Positions 7,917 through 16,828 of a DNA stretch of 55,946 nt are shown here, piece after piece (the stretch's first letter is position 1; each line of letters begins with the position of its first letter). Source of the stretch: a virus (taxonomy: Duplodnaviria; Caudoviricetes); the IMG/VR virus record IMGVR_UViG_3300032076_000005, positions 1-55,946 of that record; one strand, given 5' to 3'. The position numbers and the translations under genes are program-made. Under the pieces are notes generated by a model, which saw nothing but the letters and a program-made list of their open reading frames with translations, was not told where the DNA came from and did not search any database.

Positions 7917-8421
7917 AATCGCCCAAGCCCGCGCCATAACTCAGGCGAGCCCGCCCCCAGCCACCGAGCCCCCAGCCACCGAGATGGCCACTCTGACGTT
8001 CCAGGACCTGCGCGCCCACAGCGAGGCTCACCTGCACACATGGGCTCCTGAGCCGATTGCGCGCACCCTTGGCGAGTGGGCGCAGCCACCGGCCCGGTTC
8101 GAGGACGCCGTCCAGGCTCCGCTGCCACCGCAATTGCTGCGCCTTCTCGCGATCCTGCCGGCCAGGAAGCTCGCACCGGTCCTGGCCGAGATTGTGATGC
8201 AGCTCGACCGCTTCGCCGCGACCAAGAAGATCGACCTCGGCGACGCCATCGCCACCCGGTTCGGTCAGGTCCGCGCCGGGAAATCCCCAGACTTACCCAC
8301 AGAGCTGCGCCAGGGGCCCCTGGAGGAGATGAAAGACCAGCTTGACGCCGGGATGGCAGACGCCGGAGTTCCCGATTCGGTCCGGGTCCGAATCGGGAAC
8401 GCCATCAAAGGACCCCCCTAA
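7891..8421 (+). CDS. Hypothetical protein, degenerate MazG-like fold
   Basis: LTFQDLR...TLGEWA...LAEIVMQLDRFAATKKIDLGDAIATRF resembles the MazG-like C-terminal pattern LADxxIxLDxxAxxxxIDLxxAxxxKF, but the acidic catalytic motif is eroded. Confidence 0.5.
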   Translation: MLKSTSPAEIAQARAITQASPPPATEPPATEMATLTFQDLRAHSEAHLHTWAPEPIARTLGEWAQPPARFEDAVQAPLPPQLLRLLAILPARKLAPVLAEIVMQLDRFAATKKIDLGDAIATRFGQVRAGKSPDLPTELRQGPLEEMKDQLDAGMADAGVPDSVRVRIGNAIKGPP

Positions 8422-8460
8422 AAACCCACCCGAAAAAACGCCAAAATCTGGCGTATGTTA

Positions 8461-8489
8461 TTGACTTTCCTATAGTATTCTGTTATAAT
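8461..8489 (+). promoter_or_regulatory. Sigma70-type promoter TTGACT-17-TATAAT
   Basis: Near-perfect consensus in an AT-rich intergenic gap. Confidence 0.85.
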
Positions 8490-8533
8490 ACTTAGCTCAT
8501 GGTGAATTGAACCCAATCATCATGAGATTGGCT

Positions 8534-8554
8534 GGTGTTACACGATGTAACACC
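8534..8554. promoter_or_regulatory. 21-bp palindrome copy 4 (GGTGTTACACGATGTAACACC)
   Basis: Between the promoter and ATG 8582. Confidence 0.9.
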
Positions 8555-8581
8555 GACTTACTTAACACAAGGACTAACCAG

Positions 8582-9289
8582 ATGCACTTACCTGAATTCG
8601 ATTACAATACGATGGAGTGGGACAACTGGCGAGCGTTCCACATCACGCAGTCCGTCGATCACTTGCCATCCCGCACGTTCGTCCAGTTCGACACTGGCGA
8701 GTTTATCGTCACTAACCGTCACTGGTCTCCCGACGAGCGGCGCAATTACAAGGCGCTGCATCTCCAGGTCATCGGCACTGACGACAGCAACTACCCGCAG
8801 CTGTTCGTGCCCGGCGCAGCGAAGCCGGTCCCCAAGTCGCACCTTAACCATAACGGCATGCAGGTGCTGCTGCTCGATCACGACTGCCAGCGTGCGGTGT
8901 CGCTGGAGTCCTGGATGACCGACGACAACAACGGACGCACTGTTCCGGCGCGCTTTCGCCGGCCTTACAGCGTTGCTGCTTACTACTCCGGACCAAAGGC
9001 CATGCCGGTCGGCGCAGTGCCGATCACGCGGCACTACCCGCAGCCGCTGACGACCAAGGAACGCGAGCACGTCACCGAGATGCACGAAGCGTGCAAGATG
9101 TGGTTGCAGATGCAAGGCGATCCCAAGGCGCTTATGTCGTTGTATCGTACGGAGGCGGCACCGGCGGTTGCGTCCTTTGTCGATGTGTCGTTCGCCGTGC
9201 TCACCGAAGCGCATCGCACGACGATCGCTATGAAAGGATTCAACATGCTCATCAGAGAGGAGAACAACTGGTTGACGTTCAAGACGTAG
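8582..9289 (+). CDS. Hypothetical early protein
   Basis: AAGGA RBS before ATG 8582; typical codon usage. Confidence 0.8.
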   Translation: MHLPEFDYNTMEWDNWRAFHITQSVDHLPSRTFVQFDTGEFIVTNRHWSPDERRNYKALHLQVIGTDDSNYPQLFVPGAAKPVPKSHLNHNGMQVLLLDHDCQRAVSLESWMTDDNNGRTVPARFRRPYSVAAYYSGPKAMPVGAVPITRHYPQPLTTKEREHVTEMHEACKMWLQMQGDPKALMSLYRTEAAPAVASFVDVSFAVLTEAHRTTIAMKGFNMLIREENNWLTFKT

Positions 9290-9308
9290 TTCGAGTTCAA
9301 TAAGTAAA

Positions 9309-9329
9309 GGTGTTACATCGTGTAACACC
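9309..9329. promoter_or_regulatory. 21-bp palindrome copy 5 (GGTGTTACATCGTGTAACACC)
   Basis: Intergenic. Confidence 0.9.
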
Positions 9330-9365
9330 ACTCATTTAAAACTCACTGAAAAGGAAACCAGGGTT

Positions 9366-10448
9366 ATGAAGCAGCTTTCTATTTCGCAGATCAAGACCGC
9401 CGTTAAAGAGATCGTGATCCGGCTCGACCGGCCGGTCATCGTCCGCGGCGGGTTCGGTGTCGGTAAGTCCGAGGGCATCAACCAAGCAGTCGAGGAGCTG
9501 GACAGTCCCAAGGCGCTGCAAATGCTCCTGGGCCCGGACACGCCCTACACCGGCACGATGCTGGCAGAGATACGTCTTAGCCAATACGACTCGGTCGAGT
9601 TCCGCGGCTTCCCTCAGGCCGACAAGAAGACCGGCACCGCTATCTGGTATCCGCCAGCAACAATGCCGTTCATCGGCAACGATGCATTCCCCGACGACAA
9701 GATCATCGTCATGTTCTTCGACGAAGCGCCGGATGCCAAGCCGGACGTCTTTGCTGTCATGCAGCAGCTGGTGTTGAATCGTTGTGTTGGTGAACACGTC
9801 TTGAAGCCGAACGTGCGCATCCTCCTGGCGGGCAACCGCGAGGGCGATCAGGCATTGACGAAGAAATTCCCGATGCCGCTCAACAACCGCCTGATCCATT
9901 ACGAGGCGGTCAACCCCGTGGACGAGTTCTGCATCTATGCGCAGAAGCAGGGCGTGCCGATGGTGTTCATTGCCTTCTGGCAATTCCGCCAGGAGCTGGT
10001 CAACACCTACGATCCCAAGAAGACCAACGCCATTGTTGCGACCAACCGCACGTGGTTCACCACGGTCGACCTGTGGCAGGACCAGCGGCTTGATCCGATC
10101 ATCAAAGAGGCGAGCATGATCGGCGCGATCGGCGAGGGGCCGGCGATAGAGTTCCTCGCCTACGTGGACGTGTGGGCGAGCCTGCCGTCGATCGATCGCA
10201 TCATCGCCGACCCCGCGCGGTATGATGTCCCCGAGCAGCTAGACATCAAGTATGCGACCGCAATGATGGTGTCGGAAAAGATGACCCTCCGCAACGTGGA
10301 CAAGCTCTATATTTATCTCAAGCGCTTCACCGCCGAGTTCGTCGTGATGGCGATGCAGCTGGCTTGTGTACGTGACGCGGAGTTGTTCGAGTCCGATGCG
10401 TTCATGGACTACACGAAGCGTTATCGCGAAATTTACACCAGTGGTTGA
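9366..10448 (+). CDS. MoxR-like AAA+ ATPase
   Basis: Walker A GGFGVGKS, Walker B MFFDE, sensor AGNR, Arg finger PLNNR. Confidence 0.9.
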   Translation: MKQLSISQIKTAVKEIVIRLDRPVIVRGGFGVGKSEGINQAVEELDSPKALQMLLGPDTPYTGTMLAEIRLSQYDSVEFRGFPQADKKTGTAIWYPPATMPFIGNDAFPDDKIIVMFFDEAPDAKPDVFAVMQQLVLNRCVGEHVLKPNVRILLAGNREGDQALTKKFPMPLNNRLIHYEAVNPVDEFCIYAQKQGVPMVFIAFWQFRQELVNTYDPKKTNAIVATNRTWFTTVDLWQDQRLDPIIKEASMIGAIGEGPAIEFLAYVDVWASLPSIDRIIADPARYDVPEQLDIKYATAMMVSEKMTLRNVDKLYIYLKRFTAEFVVMAMQLACVRDAELFESDAFMDYTKRYREIYTSG

Positions 10449-10462
10449 AGGAGTGACTGAAC

Positions 10463-10639
10463 ATGAAGCTTTGTCTCTGTGGATCAGGGCAGGAGCGCCG
10501 TGAGCTGGTCGATGCTCGTGGCATCTTCTGCTGCTATATATGCGACAAGTGCGAGAAGGAGAAGCGGGCCGAGTTCAGGCCCGACATCTTCACCGACAGC
10601 AACTATTGGACTGATGAACCTATTGAGGAGGATGAGTGA
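10463..10639 (+). CDS. 58-aa Cys-rich putative Zn-binding protein
   Basis: MKLCLCGSGQERRELVDARGIFCCYICDKCE...DEPIEEDE; AAGGAG RBS; below the ORF-track cutoff. Confidence 0.75.
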   Translation: MKLCLCGSGQERRELVDARGIFCCYICDKCEKEKRAEFRPDIFTDSNYWTDEPIEEDE

Positions 10640-10830
10640 TGGAATTCGTTATCTTATTGGACGGCGAGGCTATTGGTCCGTTCAAGTCACAGGTCGATGC
10701 CGAACAGTACGTTGCCAGCGATTGGCAGCGTGCGTCGATGACCATCGTCAGGCTCTACCGTGCGGCCAGGGGCTGGCGTCGTGACATCAGGGAGACTTCC
10801 AATGGTGAAGACAACTCGCTTACAACGTGA
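10639..10830 (+). CDS. Small hypothetical protein
   Basis: TGATG coupling; MEFVILLDGEAIGPFKSQVDAEQY (GPF motif). Confidence 0.6.
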   Translation: MEFVILLDGEAIGPFKSQVDAEQYVASDWQRASMTIVRLYRAARGWRRDIRETSNGEDNSLTT

Positions 10831-10981
10831 GGCGTTGTTCAAGGTGTTCCAGCGGGATTTCCCGAACTGGATCACCGTGACCACGCGCCACGATGGCACT
10901 TACTGCAAGCGGAGCAGCAAGGAGATCGTCAAGGTGCCATCGTTCCAGTGGAACCGTCGTGCCGTTCTGTGGAAAGAATAG
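10802..10981 (+). CDS. Small hypothetical protein, possibly truncated
   Basis: GGGAG RBS; MVKTTRLQREALFKVFQRD...; stop overlaps palindrome copy 6. Confidence 0.55.
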   Translation: MVKTTRLQREALFKVFQRDFPNWITVTTRHDGTYCKRSSKEIVKVPSFQWNRRAVLWKE

Positions 10982-11000
10982 TGTTACATGATGTAACACC
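10980..11000. promoter_or_regulatory. 21-bp palindrome copy 6 (AGTGTTACATGATGTAACACC)
   Basis: Overlaps the TAG stop of the upstream ORF. Confidence 0.9.
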
Positions 11001-11020
11001 AACCGAAGGACTTACTAACC

Positions 11021-12157
11021 ATGAGACAGAAACCCAACCAACTGAGTGTGTTCGAGACGGCGTGCGCCGGCCTCGTCAAGGTCAAGGAGCTGATATTCTT
11101 CGCATCGGCTCTGCTGCAAACCAAGTTCGTCGAGGACCCCACGTGCGACACCGCGTGGACCGACATGGTGGTGATCGGGTATAACCCGGCTTTCATCGAG
11201 GGGCTCGACGTCCCGACTGCCAAGTTCGTAATCATCCACGAGCTGATGCATAAGCTCTTGAAGCACGGCCTGCGCCGGATGGGCCGTGATCTCACCGAGT
11301 GGAACAACGCCTGCGATTACGCCATCAACATCATGCTGCAGGACCTGGGCTTTAAGGTCTGGCAGCATGCGCTGATCGATCCCCAGTATCGCGGCATGAG
11401 TGCGGAGCAGATTTACGCTCTGCAGCAGCAGGGTGGCAAGCAGCCCGCGTTCGGCCAGGGCGGGCCCGAGCAGGGCGGCCTGGGCGGCGACCTGCGGCCG
11501 GTGCCTGCGCCGACACCCGAGAAGGCGGCGGCGATCGAGCACGAGATCAACAAGACTATCGCTCGGGCAACGGTGATTGCCCGCGAGCACGGCGTCATGC
11601 TGAGCGGGCTCGAAGCGATCATCGGCGCAACCTACGAAGATCCAGTCTCCTGGGAAGATGTGTTGGTTGACTACACGTCTCGATGTCTTGCGGAGGAAGA
11701 AAATTGGTCCCGGCGCAACCGCCGTTATAGCGAGGTGATCCTGCCTTCGCGCAAGAGCGACGGCATGGATGAATTGGTTGTGATTGCGGATAGTTCCGGG
11801 AGTATGTTCTCCAAGGAGGTGTTCGAACGAATAGCTGTTGCTATCAATTATGTGGTGACTGTTATAAAGCCACTGACAACCCGCGTAGTTTGGGCAGATA
11901 ATCGTGAGTGCTCCAACGTGGACGTGTTCGAACCCGGTGATCTGGTTGTCTTGCATCCGAAGGGCGGCGGAGGAACGGACATGACTAAACCTCTGAAGTT
12001 CGTCGAACAGTATCAGCCGGAAGTGTGTCTGCTTTTTACTGATGCAGCAACACCATGGCCGCAGCAAGCTACACCATTCCCGTTGATCATAGGATGCACG
12101 ACTGACTTGCCTTGTCCTGATTGGGCCGCTGTAGTCAGGATCGAGGTAGGACAATAA
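11021..12157 (+). CDS. Metallopeptidase + vWA domain protein (DUF2201-like), partner of the AAA+ ATPase
   Basis: HELMH (HExxH) plus NNACDYAIN; MIDAS DSSGS, GGGGTD, FTD. Confidence 0.9.
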   Translation: MRQKPNQLSVFETACAGLVKVKELIFFASALLQTKFVEDPTCDTAWTDMVVIGYNPAFIEGLDVPTAKFVIIHELMHKLLKHGLRRMGRDLTEWNNACDYAINIMLQDLGFKVWQHALIDPQYRGMSAEQIYALQQQGGKQPAFGQGGPEQGGLGGDLRPVPAPTPEKAAAIEHEINKTIARATVIAREHGVMLSGLEAIIGATYEDPVSWEDVLVDYTSRCLAEEENWSRRNRRYSEVILPSRKSDGMDELVVIADSSGSMFSKEVFERIAVAINYVVTVIKPLTTRVVWADNRECSNVDVFEPGDLVVLHPKGGGGTDMTKPLKFVEQYQPEVCLLFTDAATPWPQQATPFPLIIGCTTDLPCPDWAAVVRIEVGQ

Positions 12158-12158
12158 A

Positions 12159-12179
12159 GGTGTTACATCGTGTAACACC
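12159..12179. promoter_or_regulatory. 21-bp palindrome copy 7 (GGTGTTACATCGTGTAACACC)
   Basis: 1 bp after the TAA stop. Confidence 0.9.
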
Positions 12180-12196
12180 ACTTACTGAGAAGGAAA

Positions 12197-12403
12197 TTGA
12201 ACATGTACGTTATCGTAGGATTTGCGGTGCTCTGTGTGTTTAGTCTAGTCAAGTCGGACAACATGGTCATGGCTACGATACTGTGGACCATTACTGTGAG
12301 CTTTGTGCTTAGCTGTGGCTTCAATAGACTTGGGTTATCTATGATATTTCCAATCGCTGCGCCATTATTTCTACTGAGCTGGTACTATAAGAAGGAGGGG
12401 TGA
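12197..12403 (+). CDS. Small three-TM membrane protein
   Basis: Almost entirely hydrophobic with a KKEG tail; AT-rich DNA; start could be ATG 12202 region or TTG 12197. Confidence 0.65.
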   Translation: MNMYVIVGFAVLCVFSLVKSDNMVMATILWTITVSFVLSCGFNRLGLSMIFPIAAPLFLLSWYYKKEG

Positions 12404-12406
12404 GCG

Positions 12407-12625
12407 ATGCACGATCATCTGCCGCAGAGGGCATTCGAGGTTGCCTTGGGGCATGGGAAGAAGCTGACGCTCACAGGGTATCGGTCGATGAAATCGTTTG
12501 CCGTCCTGACCTTCGCTGTCGGTGACATCGCCTCGGTAAATTTGACCGAAATCCGGTCAGCCCATCTCCGTCGAATTGCCGACGTGATGGTGAGTACGGC
12601 TGACTTCATCGAAGCGGAGGACTGA
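12407..12625 (+). CDS. Hypothetical protein
   Basis: GGAGGGG RBS; 72 aa. Confidence 0.65.
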   Translation: MHDHLPQRAFEVALGHGKKLTLTGYRSMKSFAVLTFAVGDIASVNLTEIRSAHLRRIADVMVSTADFIEAED

Positions 12626-12696
12626 CACATGGTCAACCGCCCCTCCCTACTAGTGGTGACTTTTAACACTAACTGAAACCCATACTGAATCAAGGA

Positions 12697-13560
12697 GTGA
12701 ATACAATGTCGTTAGCAACTAAGTGCATGATCATCAACGTCTCCATGTCCCGCTGGAGCGGGTGCAAGGTAGACTCCAAGGCAAGCAAGCAGCACGCCAA
12801 AGATATCAACGCCGCGGACGATGCGGTGATACTCTCCAAGCGGCTCATGCCGAAGGAGGCATTCGCCGATATCACCACGGCGTGGAATGCGGTGCGCGCG
12901 TATCGTGACAAGCACAGCGCGCCATGGTCCGACAAGGGCCCGCGTATCATGACGCGCAACATCTTCGATCTGTTTATGTCCGGGTATGGTGAACTCGAGC
13001 GGCAGTACAACGCTGTGGTCGAGGAATTCGTCACGGTCAAGTACCCGCCGGTACGGGATAAAGCTGCGTTCCGCATGGGCGATCTGTTCGACGAGCGGGA
13101 TTACCCTACGCCCGACAAGCTCCGGGAAAAGTTTGGGGTTCATCTCGATATCGACGGCATCACCGAGCCGGACGATTTTCGTGTGGCTCTGCCGGAGCAG
13201 GAACTTGCCAAGGTCAGAGCCGATATGGAGGAGAGCATCCAGCGTCGGCTTGGCGTCGCCATGCAGGACGTGTGGCTGCGCATCGTCAAGCTGCTGGAAC
13301 ACTACATCGAGAAGATGGACGACAAGGATGCGATCTTCCGTGACAGCACTGTGACTAACCTCGTGGAGTTGATGAACATCCTGCCGGGCTTGAATATTGT
13401 TGGTGATCCCAAGCTGCGGGACATCCGCAAGCGGATCATGGACACGATCGGCAGCTACCAGCCTGACGATCTGCGCAAGGGTGCGGACCTGCGCGCAGCG
13501 GCTGCGAAGGAGGCCAGGGCGATTCGCGAAAGTATCAACTCTCATGAGTTAAGTAACTGA
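12697..13560 (+). CDS. DUF3150-like protein (often found with phage AAA/vWA pairs)
   Basis: N-terminal INVSMSRWSG..D, SKRL, PW.D.GPR, DYP...LR.KF pattern; AAGGAG RBS fits ATG 12706. Confidence 0.7.
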   Translation: MNTMSLATKCMIINVSMSRWSGCKVDSKASKQHAKDINAADDAVILSKRLMPKEAFADITTAWNAVRAYRDKHSAPWSDKGPRIMTRNIFDLFMSGYGELERQYNAVVEEFVTVKYPPVRDKAAFRMGDLFDERDYPTPDKLREKFGVHLDIDGITEPDDFRVALPEQELAKVRADMEESIQRRLGVAMQDVWLRIVKLLEHYIEKMDDKDAIFRDSTVTNLVELMNILPGLNIVGDPKLRDIRKRIMDTIGSYQPDDLRKGADLRAAAAKEARAIRESINSHELSN

Positions 13561-13615
13561 CCACACACTGCACCCCACCTTCAACCGAAGGTCGGGGGCG
13601 ACATAAGGAGTTATC

Positions 13616-13951
13616 ATGTCAATGAAAGAGAAGCTGCTCTCGTCGCCTCAGTCTTCGCTCACTGGTAGCCCGTCGTTTACGTCCAACGATCGGGCGAACC
13701 TGTTGGAAGTGGTCCAACGTGCGCGTCGCATCGAGACCCGGTTGACGCGCCTGCTGGAGACTGAGGGCATTAGCACTGGCATCCAGCGACCGTGGTGGAT
13801 GGAGGATCGTGGAGTTGTAATGCTCCCGTCGCCGATGACTACCATCGATGCGGTCTTGAAAACCATCCCCGAGGGTTGGTCGAAGCCGGTGCAGATCGTG
13901 CTCAAGGACGATCAGCAGTTCGCAGTCTTGTGCCGCATTCTGTTGACGTAA
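13616..13951 (+). CDS. Hypothetical protein
   Basis: AAGGAG RBS; RRIETRLT motif. Confidence 0.75.
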   Translation: MSMKEKLLSSPQSSLTGSPSFTSNDRANLLEVVQRARRIETRLTRLLETEGISTGIQRPWWMEDRGVVMLPSPMTTIDAVLKTIPEGWSKPVQIVLKDDQQFAVLCRILLT

Positions 13952-14011
13952 CTAAACCTCCGCCAGCGGCGGGGGTACCTACCACTGACTTAACCCACGG
14001 AGTGACTGACC

Positions 14012-14728
14012 ATGGCTTTCTATGTTCGCTGTAATTTCGACCACATCGACTCCTACGCCCTAGCCGTCAGAGCTTGGAAGAAGGGCGTGGTCCTTCGCAA
14101 AAATCCTGAAGGCCCGCGCGGGCTGGTCAACAAGCGCAAGCGGATGACCGTCGAGATGACGGCAGCTGAGGATGTTATCCTGCGGCTGTTCGAGCATCCT
14201 GTCGTGACTTGGCATAGGGATGGTTCGGTTACCATCAGCGGGTTCAACTCGATATCGACGACCGTATTCACTACGCACTGCACGCCCGACGAAATGTCTG
14301 CGCATCTCCGTGGTGGACGGTTCGCCATCTACATCAAAAACAAGGGCAGCGGCTGGCGTATCTACCAAGTGGGTAACACGATTACGTTCCGAGAGCGTGA
14401 CGGTACATGGGAGGCAGACGAGATCACCACGCCGTGGAAGATACGGACTATCAACCGCGAACGTGCTAAGCAAGCACGCGAAGAGAGTGGGTACAACGAT
14501 TTCCGGGCGTGGCTCATCATCTATGTGCAGCTGGCTGAGGCCCCACGCAATCGGAACCACATCAGAGATAAGCTTGCGCTACTGAGTGATCGCAGCAAGT
14601 GGCGCGAACTGGCTAGGTGTTATCCGGAAGCCTGGAGGGATGTCGAGTACGCATTGGAGAGCTTGCGCGAGACGATCTACAACCAACGCGGCTGCCTCGA
14701 TGACAAGTCCGTACCATTCCTGGGCTGA
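14012..14728 (+). CDS. Hypothetical protein
   Basis: GGAG RBS with the start-associated motif; 238 aa. Confidence 0.8.
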   Translation: MAFYVRCNFDHIDSYALAVRAWKKGVVLRKNPEGPRGLVNKRKRMTVEMTAAEDVILRLFEHPVVTWHRDGSVTISGFNSISTTVFTTHCTPDEMSAHLRGGRFAIYIKNKGSGWRIYQVGNTITFRERDGTWEADEITTPWKIRTINRERAKQAREESGYNDFRAWLIIYVQLAEAPRNRNHIRDKLALLSDRSKWRELARCYPEAWRDVEYALESLRETIYNQRGCLDDKSVPFLG

Positions 14729-14764
14729 CGGAGTGACTCAATACCGTCGAAGGAGTGACTTACC

Positions 14765-16657
14765 ATGAAGATCGCCGCATTTGATGTCGAAAGTTCGGGT
14801 GAGCTACCGGAATTTTCTTTACAACCGTGGAGGGTAAAGCAAGGCAAGGCGTGGCTCACGTCGCTCGCTCGGGTCTGGCGCGAGAACAACAAGACCCGGC
14901 ATGCCGGCGGCCTGCTCCAGGGCCAAGGTGTTACATCATGTAACACCTTGATCCGTGAGATGTTGACCTGGGCGCTCGACACCGAGCACGTCCTGGTGGG
15001 CTGGAACGTGGTGTTCGATATCACGTGGCTCTACGCTTATGCGGAGACCGACTCCAGGATATTCAAGTTGCTCGACCGGACCCGGTTCCTCGACGCGATG
15101 CTGCTGTGGCGGCACGCGGACATCGAGCCGGAGTATGACTACAAGCAGCAGCGTAGTTATAGCTTGAAAGCTGCGGTGCCGTTGTTCTTCCCGATCCATG
15201 CCGGCTACGAGGCCGACGTCGATTACCACGGCACCGACCCGGCGAAGCTCCAGGAGCTGCACGAATACAACGTCAAGGATTGCTATTTCACCCTGCGGCT
15301 GGCCAAGCGGTTCTGGGAGCAACTGACCCACGCCCAGCAGACCGTGGCGATCATCGAAGCCGCTTGCTTCAAGATGGTCGCTCGCGCCAACCTGGAGGGA
15401 CTGATCGTAGATACGCCCGAGGCCGGCAACCTCTCTGCTGTCCTCAAGCGAACGGCTGCGGACAAACTCGCCAAGCTAGCGTCGCACGGCATCACCCAGA
15501 AGATCGTGCGCTCGCCAAAGCAACTGGGCAGGATTCTCTATGACGAGTGGAACCTGCCCGTGCTGGCGCAGACATCCACCGGCGCTCGTTCGACTGACAA
15601 GGCGGTGCTGCACAAGCTGGCGTTGAGGGATGCCCGTGTCAGGAACATCAAGATCTATCGTGAGTCGCTGAACAACAACACCAAGTTCGCCGTGGCTCCG
15701 CTCGCGAGTGTCGCCTACAACCGGGATAGCCGCGCGCACCCACAGGCCAGGGTGTTCGGGACTTACACCGGCCGCCTGACCTTCAGTTCCAAGCAGGGCA
15801 GAGGCAAGGGCGAGCGGCAAATAGGTTTCGCTCTGCATCAGATGAAGCGTGACCCGGCCTTCCGCCGGATCATCGTGCCGCCGCCAGGGTTCACGCTGAT
15901 GGAGTTCGATGCCGCCGGCCAGGAGTATCGCTGGATGGCGATCGCATCCGGTGACAAGACCATGCTGAGACTCTGTCAACCGGGTCAAGACCCGCATTCC
16001 TTCATGGGTTCGCGGATCAACCCGCAGTACACCTACGCGGAGGTTATGAAGAACGCCAAGACGCCCGACTCGACGGAGGCGAACCTGCGCCAGTGCGGGA
16101 AGGTGTTGACACTGTCCAGCCAATATCGTGTGGGCCATAAGAAGCTGCAGCAGATCGCCGAGGTCGACTATGGCATTTCGATGTCTCTCGAAGAGGCGTA
16201 CCGCATTCAGCAAATCTATCTCAACACTTACCCGGGCGTTCGGAGATACTGGGGCGAGCAAATCCAGTCGGCGCAAGCCCGGGGGTATGTGGAGACGATC
16301 GCGGGCCGACGCGTTCGTCTCGTCGGTCAGTGGGGTACCGACCGCAACTGGCAGCTTGAAGGCACGGCGATCAACTACCGCATCCAGGGAACTGGGGCGG
16401 ATCAAAAGTATCTCGCGCTCCGCTGCGTGCGTAAGTACATCAACAAGATTGGCGCGCGGTTCGCGTTTGATCTTCATGATGGATTGTATTTTTACATCCC
16501 TCATGCGCGAGTGGAGGAGGCCGCGTACGAGATCAAAGATATCTTAGACAATCTCCCTTACGAGGCGGTTTGGAACTTCAAGCCGCCAATTCCACTACCA
16601 TGGGATTGTAAGACAGGACCAAGCTGGGGTGACCTCCTCCCCTTCCAATTTACTTAA
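14765..16657 (+). CDS. polA: Family A DNA polymerase with 3'-5' exonuclease
   Basis: ExoI FDVE, ExoII GWNVVFD, ExoIII YNVKD; TYTGRLT; motif A DAAGQEYR; motif B RQCGKVLTLSSQY; NYRIQGTGAD; motif C LHDG. Confidence 0.95.
   Translation: MKIAAFDVESSGELPEFSLQPWRVKQGKAWLTSLARVWRENNKTRHAGGLLQGQGVTSCNTLIREMLTWALDTEHVLVGWNVVFDITWLYAYAETDSRIFKLLDRTRFLDAMLLWRHADIEPEYDYKQQRSYSLKAAVPLFFPIHAGYEADVDYHGTDPAKLQELHEYNVKDCYFTLRLAKRFWEQLTHAQQTVAIIEAACFKMVARANLEGLIVDTPEAGNLSAVLKRTAADKLAKLASHGITQKIVRSPKQLGRILYDEWNLPVLAQTSTGARSTDKAVLHKLALRDARVRNIKIYRESLNNNTKFAVAPLASVAYNRDSRAHPQARVFGTYTGRLTFSSKQGRGKGERQIGFALHQMKRDPAFRRIIVPPPGFTLMEFDAAGQEYRWMAIASGDKTMLRLCQPGQDPHSFMGSRINPQYTYAEVMKNAKTPDSTEANLRQCGKVLTLSSQYRVGHKKLQQIAEVDYGISMSLEEAYRIQQIYLNTYPGVRRYWGEQIQSAQARGYVETIAGRRVRLVGQWGTDRNWQLEGTAINYRIQGTGADQKYLALRCVRKYINKIGARFAFDLHDGLYFYIPHARVEEAAYEIKDILDNLPYEAVWNFKPPIPLPWDCKTGPSWGDLLPFQFT
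14927..14947. promoter_or_regulatory. 21-bp palindrome copy 8, inside polA (GGTGTTACATCATGTAACACC)
   Basis: Perfect copy; encodes GVTSCNT. Confidence 0.9.
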
Positions 16658-16672
16658 CAAGGAACTGACGTT

Positions 16673-16825
16673 ATGGCGACCAACGATCGAGTACACGGAA
16701 GAGAATACGAACGACGTTATCGACGGAAGAATGGGGGTACACCTCGCTATAAATACAGGGTGCAAGTTAAGACTGGACGAAGGATGGTGACTCTACCAGA
16801 CGGTCGCCGAACATGGAGTGACTGA
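16673..16825 (+). CDS. 50-aa highly basic protein
   Basis: AAGGA RBS; MATNDRVHGREYERRYRRKNGGTPRYKYRVQVKTGRRMVTLPDGRRTWSD. Confidence 0.55.
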   Translation: MATNDRVHGREYERRYRRKNGGTPRYKYRVQVKTGRRMVTLPDGRRTWSD

Positions 16826-16828
16826 CAC

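Noticed and set aside
8534-12179. Palindromes as integron attC sites
   Set aside because: Too short, the GTT/AAC cores are in the wrong order and do not fit GTTRRRY, and no integron integrase is present
14765-16657. DpoZ / 2-aminoadenine (Z) genome system
   Set aside because: No PurZ or DatZ-like gene is visible in the window and motif B retains Tyr; cannot be excluded for the unseen part of the genome
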